64,000 bases of DNA, from NCBI GenBank assembly GCA_951406725.2, contig OX597826.1, forward strand, positions 31,310,001-31,374,000. Reading direction: 5' to 3'. The DNA comes from Octopus vulgaris (lineage: Eukaryota). Position numbers and translations under genes: made by a program. The number at the start of each line of letters is the position of its first letter. The first letter of the stretch is position 1. Below the pieces are notes generated by a model that made no database searches, was not told the DNA's origin, and saw only the letters and a program-made list of their open reading frames with translations. Below, piece after piece: positions 1 to 11,364 of this stretch.

Positions 1-978
1 TGTTATATAGACTATGATCAGTAATGTAGGTCAAACCCTAAACAAAGGATTAACCTTTTCTTGACCAGCACAGGTCCTTGGGGATTCCTCATCAATCATC
101 TGGCGTGGAGAGGATATCCAGCTCGTTTTGACAAGCAACATGCGGGTGAATTTGGCTTCAAATCTCAGGCAGGGCTAAGTAAGTTTCCTACACATGCAGT
201 AAAAATGTCATTTTGTCATGAAATAAAAATTATATTACGTGATATGTCATTGTGTGTGTGTGTGTGTGTGTATCTGTGTGAAGAGCATTAACGCATGAAA
301 TAACGATAAGAGAAAAAAGTGCAATGACTAAAGATCGAAACCTGGGTGCCGGCTCGATAAAAATGAACGGATATTTTGTTATACCCGCGAATTCCAGTAA
401 TGCAACAGCGAAAATATACTAAGCAGCAGTTGAATATGATAAAATAAATAGGATTTCATATTTTTTTCTTTTCTTTCCTTTACTCTACCGTGGGTTTCGT
501 TCATATATTGACATCATTGGATATATGCAGTTAAAATATCAAAATATTATTTGCTCATAAAATAGAAATTATATTATGCGACTTTTATATGTGCATGTGT
601 TTGTGTGTGTCAGGAGCATTAACGGTATAAATAGAAAAAAAAAAGGGAAAAGAAAACAAAAGAAATAATTGGTAATAACTAGGAATCGAAACCTAGTCAG
701 CCGGTTCGGAGTACTAAAAAAATCTTAGATTCTGTTCTGTTGCCAGCGTCAGTGGATTCAGAACGAGGCTCGACTTCAAAACACCAAAACGGTGTTTGAG
801 TTGTTTGTATGTTTCTTTTATCTGCGATTACCACAAAATATCAGCCATTTATTTCAACTATTGACGTTTTATTCACGGAATCCAGGGCTTGAATGTCTTG
901 TAGGAAGAAAGGATTACTCACTTAATGGGTAAATACTAAACCAAGCTTTGAGAAATCTTCCAATACATATATTTACTT

Positions 979-1292
979 ATGGTTACGACTGATCTGTTGG
1001 ACATAATGGAGAGGGGACACGCCTTGAAAGATGCAATTTTGGATGGGGATATAAGCAAAGTGAAAGAGCTATTGGATCTTAAAACCTACGATACAAACGA
1101 ACAGACTAATTCCGGTAAAACGGCCCTGCATCTTGCAGCCATACGTGGGTATTCTGAAATAATCGAACTTCTCCTCAACCATGGTGCCAATCCGAACATA
1201 AAGGACCGTAATGGGAATACTCCGTTGCATTGGTGTGGTCACATAGAAAGCACCGATTTATTGGTGAGCCACGGCGCATCTTTATCTATCAG
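979..1292 (+). CDS. ANKRD46: ANKRD46-like coding exon 1 (ankyrin repeats)
   Basis: ORF 979..1296 contains ankyrin repeats; donor AG|GTAGAT at 1292/1293. Confidence 0.9.
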
Positions 1293-1627
1293 GTAGATAT
1301 ATAAAGGAATGGATATTCATTTTACTTTTTCTTCCTTGTTTATTTTATTCTAGATATTTCTTTTCATTTGTTTACATGATCAACTCAGTTAAACACGGAA
1401 GATTACATGAATGAATCCATGCATGTATTTATATGAAAATGTGTGTGTGAGTTTACATGGATGCGCAATTAGCTATAGTAAAGACAGATGATGCATTGAC
1501 CATAAAATGTAATAAACTTTCAGTGGTATATCTGTACCAAATATATTCTTTAAAGAATCAGGCTCTGTTAATCAAACGGAAACGATACTGTGTTTTTATG
1601 TTCATACATGTGTGTGTGTGTGTGCGT

Positions 1628-1945
1628 GCGGTAAGAAGCTTGCTTCCCAACCACTCAGTCCCGCTGCGTGGCATCTTTGGCAAGTGTCTTCTAATAAAAC
1701 CTTGGGCCAACCAGAGGCTTGTGAATGGATATGTGTGTGTCTTTGTGTCTGTGTTTGTACCCACCACCACTTGGCAACTAATATTGGTAGGTTTACGTCC
1801 CTCTACCTTATTGGTTCGGCAGAATAAGTACCAGGCTTAAAAAAAGTACTGTGGTCTATTCATTCGACTGAAAATTCTGGAAGGGGATGCCCCAGCATGG
1901 CTGCAGTCTAATGACTGAAACTTGTAAAAGATAAAAACAAATAAA
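1628..1945 (+). mobile_element. SINE family A copy
   Basis: Similar to 4362..4797. Confidence 0.65.
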
Positions 1946-2023
1946 ATAAAAAGCTCGTCTGTATATATATATATACACATACATGCACATGTATACTTCA
2001 TGTGCATATACATACATACATAC

Positions 2024-2056
<33 letters not shown>

Positions 2057-3169
2057 TTGTTATCTTCATCATTATCATTTAACTTCCTCTCTCCATGCTT
2101 GCATGTGTTGCATGGTATGGCAGGATTTGAGTTTGAAGGACCATCTCTCTTTTGGTTTCAATGTCTGAATGTCCTTGCTAATGCCAACCACTTTACAAAA
2201 TGTTCTGGCTACTTTTCTCGTGATACCAACACTAATAAGGTCGCCTTGCAACATGTGAACCTAAAGAGGCCCCTATTACTGAAGGAGAATTGGAGAGAGA
2301 GAGAGAGAGTGATGATTCTTGGCACGGTAGTGAGAGGATGGTGGTAGAGAGGAACTGACTAGATACTGTCAAGGAGGGTATATAGATGGGACAAAAGAAA
2401 CGAAAAGGAATATTGTCAGGGGTTAGTGAGAAAGGGAGAGGCAGGATGGTAAGGGTGATGAGGTGGGTTGTGTAGAATGGGGTCCAGAATTGTTCCATAT
2501 AAGGATGAATGTGGATAAAATGTACTGGGAAAGAACTCATGAAAGAGAAGATAGATGAGGGTGGAAAGCCTCCCCCCCTCAACTGTTGAGTGTCACTGGA
2601 AGAGAGGTGTGGGGGTGGGGTTCATGAGGGTAGGCAAAAGAAATGAGAGGATGTTGAGGTGGTGGAGAAGCTGCAGGAGAAGGACAGTGACAGAGGCAGA
2701 GAGGGAGTGATGGATGACATTGGATGAGCAAGCATAACAAGTGGTGTGATGTGATTGATCAGGTGATGTATGAGGTGAGTGATGAAATGGATGGGGGAAG
2801 AGAAGGTGGATGCAGCTAGAGTGATGAGGATAGACCAACACAGTCAATCTCTCTTACATAGGGCCTAACGAAAGATGGGGTGGAGATAGAGTGATGGGGA
2901 CAGGGAAACCATTCATGGTTTGCGAGTTTCATAGGTGGTGGGCAGATTAGTGATGGAGGGGTGTGAGATAAGAAGTGAATGGAGATGTGTGAGTGAAAGA
3001 GGGAAAAGGAGCAATAGGTAGATAAAAAGTTGTGAGTCAGGGTTGCAAAAGTGGCTGCAAATATAGGCTTCACAAAATACAAACATACATACCTACATAT
3101 ATTTACATGTTCATGCTTATATATACCCACATGCATTCACATGTGTGTGTGTTGTGTATGTATTATATA

Positions 3170-3560
3170 GGCGTGACTGTTTGATTAAGAAGCTTGCTTC
3201 CCAACCAAACGGTTCCAGGTTCAGTCCCACTGTGTGACACCTTGGGCAAGTGTCTTCTGCTATAGCCTCAGGCTGAACAAGGCCTTGTGAGTGGATCTGG
3301 TAGATGGAAACTGAAACAAACCCAATTTATATATATAAGTATGTATATATCTATGTGTGTGTGTGTTTGTTCCCTTGTCATCACATGACAACCGATGTTG
3401 GTGTGTTTACATCCCTGTAACTTAGTGGTTTGGCAAAGAGAACAATTGAATAAATACTAGTCTGGAAAATAAGTCCTGGGGTCGAGTGTTCAGTAAAAAC
3501 ACTTAAAAGCAGTGCTCCAACATGGCCACAGTCAAATGATTGAAACAAGTAAAAAAAAAT
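3170..3560 (+). mobile_element. SINE family A copy
   Basis: Similar to 4362..4797. Confidence 0.7.
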
Positions 3561-4361
3561 ATGTCTGTTTTCCATGCTGCCATGATGAATTGGACTGTTG
3601 GACAGGAGCTAGCAAGCCAGAGGACTATGTTGTCACAATGCATACCTATTATGAGTGACATTAAACTCTGCTTTTCTCCCTTCAATCTCTCTCTAATCAT
3701 GTTGTGTCTCTCTCTCTCCCTCCTCCTCCCAATCTTTCTCACTTACCTTTTTCCTATTTGTGACTCATTCACACCTAATGCACATATGTGTGTGTGTATA
3801 TATATATATATATATAATAACTGTATATAATATATATCATAATACAAACATACATACATACATATATATAATGTAGATATTTAGCAATAGCTATATAGAG
3901 ATTGACACACAGACAGATAGAAAGTGAAGGCAAGTGGTCACGTATGAGGAGTCCATATTGGTGACATGAAATTGTCAATTAGGAATAAAGAACGACTATA
4001 TTCGATGATGTAATAGTGAAGTCCTGTTATAAATAAACACCCTTCACACTGAAATTCACCATTTCTTGTAATTTCTTTCGGTTTGTAAATTCTAAACAAT
4101 GTCTGTAATAATTGTCAAAATTTTTAATTATATTTATCATTTTTGCAGTTTTTTTGTTTTTTTTTACCAGCTCTAACTTCTCTGTTTCATTTATGCTCAA
4201 GTAGCCATGAATTTTACCTTTTTGTCTTACTGACTTATATGTTTTAAACATAGGAGATTCTGATTCTGAAATAAGGCAAAATTTTCAGAAATTCAGTTTT
4301 GTCATGCCCCCTACACTCAGAATTTTTAAATACACAACTAATCATGACTTTTGTATTTATA

Positions 4362-4520
4362 GGCGCAGGAGTGGCTGTGTGGTAAGTAGCTTGTTTACCA
4401 ACCACATGGTTCTGGGTTCAGTCCCACTGTGTGGCACCTTGGGCAAGTGTCTTCTATAGCCTCGGGCCAACCAAAGCCTTGTGAGTGGATTTGGTAGACG
4501 GAAACTGAAAGAAGCCCGTC

Positions 4521-4566
<46 letters not shown>

Positions 4567-4797
4567 GTGTGTGTGTGTGCGTGTATGTTTGTGTGTCTGT
4601 GTTTTTCTCCCTAACATTGTTTGACAACCGATGCTGGTGTGTTTATGTCCTTGTCACTTAGCAGTTCGGCAAAAGAGACCGATAGAATAAGTACTGGTCT
4701 TACAAAGAATAAGTCCCAAGGTCGAGTTGCTCGATTAAAGGCGGTGCTCCAGCATGGCTGCAGTCAAAATGACTGAAACAAGTAAAAAAGAGAAAAA
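4362..4797 (+). mobile_element. tRNA-derived SINE family A (near full length)
   Basis: A-box-like TGGCTGTGTGG and B-box-like GGTTCAGTCCC, internal (TA)n/(TG)n, 3' end ...gactgaaacaagtaaaa; more than 10 dispersed copies in the window. Confidence 0.8.
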
Positions 4798-6754
4798 GAT
4801 ATCATCATCATTTAATGTCCACTTTTTCTGGAGCCCATACTTGCATTCACTAATCGTTTTAGTAGCATCCAGATGGTTGCAACCATAAATCCAACTGTTT
4901 TATGGATCATCATCATTTTATTGTCTGTTTATCTATGCTTGCATAAGTTGGACAGAATTTGTTAAGGTGGATTTTCTACAGCCAGCTGCCCTTCCTATTG
5001 CCAATTCTCACCTGTTTCCAAGCAACGTGATATTTCCCCATGCTCAGACATGTTTTTCACAGACAACTAAACACAAAGAAACATCCATTGTATGACAACG
5101 ATACTCATTTATGGCTGTCATGTGATGTCAAGAGAAGGGTACACACAAACACATGCATCTGCTGCTGGTTTCTTTTGGTTTCCATCTACCAAATCCTCTC
5201 ATAAGTCGTTAGTTAGCCCAGGGTTGCTGTGCAGTGAAACTGAACCTGAGACCACATGGTTGGGTAGCAAGCTTTTTAACCACACAGGTTTCTCTCCATG
5301 TATTATATATTTTTTCTTTCAATTTTATATCTGTTTTACCAATATAATATGGGGTGAATTATTTTACCACATGTTGCCTATTTTCTGCCACTGTCAGTCA
5401 TCACCTACTCTCCCCTACAATCCCCAACTCATGCCTCATTGGTCATTCCCACCCCTTATCTGTCATTCACTACCTCTACTCACCAAACTTACCCAATCTT
5501 TACAGTTGTTGCCTGTCGCTCCTCTCTTCATCATTCCCTATCTTTCACCCCCCCTCTCTTGCAGCCTTCACCTACAAAACTCCTGCTGTCTCTATCCTCA
5601 ATCATTCCTACTAACCATATATTTTGAAGGTCCACCCAGGTACCTCACCACTACTATTTTCATCTCGTTCCAGAGCCAACTGTTTGTTCCCACCCTTTCT
5701 TGTAAATGTGAATAGTCATGTAGCACTTGAACAGCAAGAAACCTGTCCTGCTTTAGCCCCTTCTCTCATATTTTTGCCCTGTATCTCCTAGTATAAAGCT
5801 TCCCCATAGGTTTCATTGTCTTGCAGGTTGAATGGTAATCTCCCTAGTGCTGGTGGTATGAAAAATATACTCTGTAAAATGGCGTCCAACTGTAGAAACC
5901 ATGCCAAAGTAGAGAGTGGAGGATAATGAAGTCATGTGACCCATCAGATTCTATCAAACCACTGCTGGCTGCTTGGTACTGTTGGCTGGCTGCTTGGTAC
6001 TGTTGGCTGGCTGACTGGTTGAGTTCTTCAGTCACCCCCTTCATTGTGTTGAGAGAAGTTTTAAAATGTACAGAAAGCATTGACATGAGAGGTACAGGAT
6101 GAGTGTTGATACTAAGCTTGATGGCAGGCAATGAGTAAAAGTACACTATACTGAAATCCCCTTAGTGAGAGAGAGAGAATCACAGGGACACAGGAGATGA
6201 GAAAGAAGAGGAGGAGGAGTGAATGACAGTACTTTTGGGAGGAGTTTAGATTTTAGATATAGGTGTTTGGTGGGGTAGACTGTGATTGTGTTGATCAAAT
6301 TTAGAAAAATAGTAACATTTATTGTTAATATACAAACGAGAAATTAATTTTATTTCGTTTTAAGGTAATAAGTATTTTTCTTTTGAAAAGTTATATTAAT
6401 GCCATCATTTTATGTAAGTAGCAAGAATTTTGATAAAAGTTCACTTATAATTATTGTATATATGCCATATTTCATCATATTACCCATTGGCAGTACAAGT
6501 ATACTTCCAAAGTTACCCATCATATGACAGGTAGTAGGTTAGTATATATATATGTATGTGTGTGTGTATATATATGTCTCTCCTGTATGTTCCATTGTTC
6601 CCTATTTCTTCTCTTATAAATTTGAGACCTTGTACTTATACCTATTAACTATCTCAGAAAATATATAAATTAATATATATTGAAACCCAACAGATTTCAA
6701 ATATAATTATTTCACAATAATATTATATACTCCATCTCTTTATTCTAATTGCAG

Positions 6755-7064
6755 GAATAAAATGCACAAGACACCAATTCAGTTAGCTGAACGGCGTGGC
6801 GTACCAATTGAGGTTTTAAACCACATGATCAAACTGTGGAAATTACAAGAGAATGATGACACCGTGTCAGTCGACTCAGAGAAGGGTTACTATGGGCAAA
6901 GCCTGTTTATGGATTTCTGCAATGGTGTTGGGGTGAAAGTGTTCTCCCTTGTTGTATTGATTCTCCTTGTCTGTTCCTTGTATATCGCATACTCCGTTAC
7001 AGGTCTAGCTCACCATGAGAAGCGTATCCTTATTGACTCAACAAGTAGTCGAGTTGAACTTTAG
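6755..7064 (+). CDS. ANKRD46: ANKRD46-like coding exon 2 (last ankyrin, TM helix, stop)
   Basis: Polypyrimidine tract plus ttgcag| acceptor; joined reading SIR-NKMHKTPIQLAERRGV; ends SSRVEL*. Confidence 0.9.
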
Positions 7065-7171
7065 TAATGTTACATGTATACATATATAAGCATATGTATA
7101 TAAATGTATACATATAGCACATATGTCAATACATACATATATGTCTATGCATACATACATATATACATACA

Positions 7172-7213
<42 letters not shown>

Positions 7214-7400
7214 CACGTGTTTATATGAGAGCAGTGAGACGAAAATGAAAAACATCAGAGGAGGGACAAGTTTTAAATACTGTATTAGCTTAACTTGTCC
7301 CTCTTGTGTTGTCTTTCGTTGTTTTGTTTATTGTTTTCATTATATATTTTTAACAATGTATGAAATTTTTTTGCATGGCTTTAACCATCAAATAGAATAA

Positions 7401-7794
7401 AAATTAAACGAAGGCTAAGTACACAGGACTAGATAGAAACATGGTAACCATACATTTTCATCAGCTGTTGAATAACGATCAAAGCAGTTTCAGCACATTA
7501 ATCAACAGAACTGCATACTTTCTTTAACATGCTTGAGTTTTGTGTCAATACAGGCTACAAGATATACTTTTGTACACTTAACGTCATCTTATCTTGATAC
7601 CAAACTTGGATGCACTAAAGCTAGTGTACCAAAATATAATTTTGTGCACTTGTTGCTCTCCAGTCTTGACACTAAGACTCAGGCATGCTGAAGCAAGTGT
7701 GCAGTTCTGTTGTCTTAACGTTTAGTCAACAGCTGATGAAAGTGTGTGGTTACCTTGTTTGTATCTCGTTCTATCTTTTGTTCATGTTTAATTT
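7401..7794. repeat. Long imperfect inverted repeat (fold-back)
   Basis: ggtaaccatacattttcatcagctgttga pairs with tcaacagctgatgaaagtgtgtggttacc; caacagaactgca pairs with tgcagttctgttg. Confidence 0.85.
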
Positions 7795-7805
7795 CCCTTT
7801 TATAA

Positions 7806-7842
<37 letters not shown>

Positions 7843-8013
7843 CATACATACATTATAAGATTCGTATTGACTGGAACTTAAGTTTCGCTTGATGGCTTCT
7901 TCAACCAGTGACTCTATTCTCAGTACAGAGTGCCTCTAGCAGTAAATGTTGTGTTGTTATTCTTAAACTTGCTTTAAAATAATAACCTTCATTCAACATT
8001 ATATACATACACA

Positions 8014-8070
<57 letters not shown>

Positions 8071-10023
8071 ACATATGAGGTGTAGTTACATGCTCTACAT
8101 ATATAAGTTATTACTCATCCATCATATAAAGAGATGATGACTACATCTAAAGTTTTTTTTAATTCTTTTGAAATCAAAGCAGCACCCATTCCTCGTAGCA
8201 ACAGCTTTAGCTTTAAATGAAAGTATATGCACATAATACATGCATACAATACATGACTGCATAATACATACATGCATATCAACCTCAAACTATTAATATA
8301 CAACAAATACAAACATAAAACAAATATGGACATAAAACAAATGTTTCATAAATTCCAAGCTAATAAGGAAAATATTCTCATTCAAAGAATTTTAATAAAT
8401 TGAAAAAAGTATTTAAACTGAAATTAGATATGGTGATTTAACAGTTCATCTAAAATTTGAACTGTTGAAAATTTATTCTTCTTCAATTTCAGACCATGTT
8501 TTATGATTACACTTTGGTTTCTGTAAACATGTTTTATAAGTTTAACATTTCCTTATATGTTTACACACACACACAGATATATATATATATATATACCAAG
8601 AAAGTTAGGGGTTGTGGATCCAACCCACATATATATATATATATATATCACAAATTAATGCATTACATCTAAATGCTTGTTGCTTACAGTAAAATAGCTC
8701 TACAAGAAATGGTTGTATTAAAAATAAAATTCTAGAGGAATTTGCTAATATATATGAACATAGACACACACATATATTTCACTGTATCAACTAGATAATC
8801 AGATGCTGTTATACACTGCTGGTCACAAGGCCCTTCTTCATATTGTTTCCACTTTCGAATGGCACCACCTGCTACTTGGACGGGCAACCCTATATATATA
8901 TATATTGTGGAAGAGATGGCAATGATATGTAAATAGCTTAATACATTAGTATTCGTTTTCTTTTTTTTTTTTTTTTTAATATCCTCAAGCCCCATAAAGG
9001 GAGTTGATAAAATAAAAACTTGTAATGACTGCATATGGAGGGAGAGAGTGACATTGTCAACTCAATTGACAACATTCTTTCCTCACAAAGGCAGTAGGAG
9101 AGTTTGGTAGTGATGAGGTTTGTAGAATTTAAGTTTTGCGCATTGTACTTCAAATGAGATTTTGGTAAAGAAGAAATAGAAAGTGGTGTTGCTACTTGGT
9201 CTAAGTGACAACACCACTTTTTTGCCATCTTCAGCACATTCTCAAAGGCCAAAGTGAGAAATAAAAATTTGATTGTACTCTTGACGACCAGTATTGGTTT
9301 GATTATATCCTCTGTTCAACAAAAGAGAATTAGTCTCAGACTTAAAAAAAATATGTACTGTGGTTAGTTTGACTAAATCTTTCAAAGTATTGCTCCAGCA
9401 AGGCTGTAGTCCAATGACTGAAAGAAGTAATACAAAATTAAAAAAACTGAAAACTCCTCAAAGAACTCTTCTGCTGAGTAATAGATACTAATGAGGACTT
9501 TTTCTGAAATCCTTGGATTCCAGATTTTTAGGAAACCAGTGCTTCTATAGAAAATATCATAGAGCAAGCCATCGTCTTCATCTTAAAAGAAATGATGTTC
9601 ATCACCCTCTCCTTTACCTGCATCATCTTTCAGTAGATAAAAGCTTGATGTTTAGTCATATTCCACAAAATCTACTTTATTCTGTGATACAAAATACCCG
9701 AAAGCTTTACCATTTATTCCATTACTTACAAAGGTGTGAAAGTGTGTGTAGGTGAAGTGGTATGGAAGTAGGGAATGCAGATGGCCCTTAAAACTGAATT
9801 TATGCCTTTAAGAGTTACTTTATTACTGATCTGAATTTCATTTTATCCCCTTGGAAGGGAGACTTAAAATTAATTATCATTAATACACTGATGAGTGTGC
9901 CAAACCAGTTGACCCACTTAGTTCATTTGTGTTTATTTTATGCAAATTACCCAGGTCATAAATATGACCTCTTTTTGTTTTATATCTATAATCCTTGGCT
10001 GCTGGAGATAAAGTAGGACAAAT

Positions 10024-10066
10024 GTCGTGCTAATGAGGCCTAGTGAGGCAGAAACACGTCCATGAC
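10024..10066 (+). ncRNA. Degenerate minimal type I hammerhead ribozyme motif (probably a Penelope-like element relic)
   Basis: gtcgtg-CTAATGA-GGCC tagtga GGCA-GAAA-CACG-TC-catgac; helix I and most of helix II pair; the core has G>A relative to CUGAUGA. Confidence 0.45.
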
Positions 10067-11188
10067 TGTCCTCCTTAATGACATATCAGCTTTGGAAAAT
10101 ACTCGAGATTATCTGCCCTTCTCATAAGCACTGTTCTTGATTGCCATTTGGTAATCGTGACACATCCTCTAGAAAAACCGATTGTCATGAACAGATGACA
10201 AACAAATAAACTTCCTTACACACATACACATTTAGATTAAGCACAGTCAAAAACCTACAATATATATATACACACATATGCTCAGATGAACAACACCTCC
10301 AAAACCTTACAATCCACACACATTCAGACAAACACACTATAAAATACATATATACACACTCACAAACCACTCATATCCACTCCATTAACATTTTATACAC
10401 CTTTACTTTTACCTGCTGCTCACCTTTGCCATCTATTTCTCCTCCTCACCTTCTCTCTTTACATATAAAAATATTGTCACTCAATCCACCCCGTTTCTAC
10501 CACCACCACCCCTTGTCTTTTGCTTTTTATTAACTTTCTAGTCCTTCCTCAGTTTATTCTTTACCTTAGTTTTTGTTGTTGCACTTGCTGTCTAAGTGAC
10601 ATCATATCCATCACTATCATGAGGTGATTGTGACATCCAAGACTGATGTACCTTAAACTGAAGAGCTGTGCACAGACACATGTATTTCTTTGATATAGAG
10701 AGAATCTCTCTACAAACCGTCACACACGCACATGTGCATGTGTGTGTGTGTATGTGTACATGATTGTGATTGTGTGAATATTAAATCTATTGGCAATCTG
10801 TCGATAAAAGATGTGGGTAACAAACCAATAATCAATAATTGGTTTGAAATGAATGAGTGCCAATGGTTACTATGAAAGCTACATGAAAGATATGGACCAC
10901 ATGTGTGTTTGGTTTAACATGTACATCATGTAGAGGATATTTATTTGTACGAAGCTGGTGATTCACTCTATGGCTACTCAAAATTTATCTAACAATGCAA
11001 TTCTTCAGGTGACTGCAAATGTATTTGTTATTGCCCAAAGTATTCCATTAAACAAGAAAAAATTTGTCACAACACAGTAAATTGCCAGATTCATATATAA
11101 ATATATATACACACACATATATGTACTAATACCAAACAGTGAGAATGAGCACTCAATACCGCTTTGGTGGATAAATATTATTTGTTAG

Positions 11189-11364
11189 TTAACAAAGCTA
11201 CCAATAGTTTCATGCAGTCAGAAATCTCTCAACAATTATCAAGCCTGCCACATGGGAACATTGTAACCCATCTCCATCTTGGAGACAAGTACCAACATTC
11301 CTATGTGGCAGGTTCACTAATTGAAAAATTTCTCTCTGCATGAAACCATTGGTAGCGTTATTAA
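11189..11364. repeat. Imperfect inverted repeat (fold-back)
   Basis: gctaccaatagtttcatgcag pairs with ctgcatgaaaccattggtagc; cctgccacat pairs with atgtggcagg; central tctcca/tggaga. Confidence 0.85.

Larger units (their letters stand above)
979..7064 (+). other. ANKRD46: Gene model: ANKRD46-like ankyrin-repeat protein with C-terminal transmembrane helix (CDS join 979..1292,6755..7064; 207 aa)
   Basis: Ankyrin motifs GKTALHLAAIRG, GNTPLHWCGH and TPIQLAERRGV resemble human ANKRD46 (GRTGLHLAAARG, GNTALHLCGH, TPLVLAKRRGV; recalled, not aligned). Hydrophobic tail VFSLVVLILLVCSLYIAYSVTG. Phase-2 intron AG|gtagat...ttgcag|G. Confidence 0.88.

Noticed and set aside
61-291. 76-aa ORF with a GTAAGT donor-like site
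   Set aside because: Non-ATG start, no recognisable homology, and it ends in (TG)n.
925-939. 4-codon uORF (MGKY*) before ANKRD46
   Set aside because: Expected by chance in AT-rich DNA, and the TSS is unknown.
1457-1840. Recurring short ORFs such as RRHLPKVP..GTEP and IYQIHSQG seen across the window
   Set aside because: Translations of SINE family A copies, not a protein family.
2200-3140. Purine-rich stretch with several ORFs
   Set aside because: Compositionally biased decayed repeat; the ORFs are low-complexity with no domain.
8732-9320. Minus-strand ORFs 8732..9034 and 8938..9252 as a further gene
   Set aside because: No recognisable domain, no consistent exon chain, and they run through low-complexity sequence; POLR1E already terminates at 13496.
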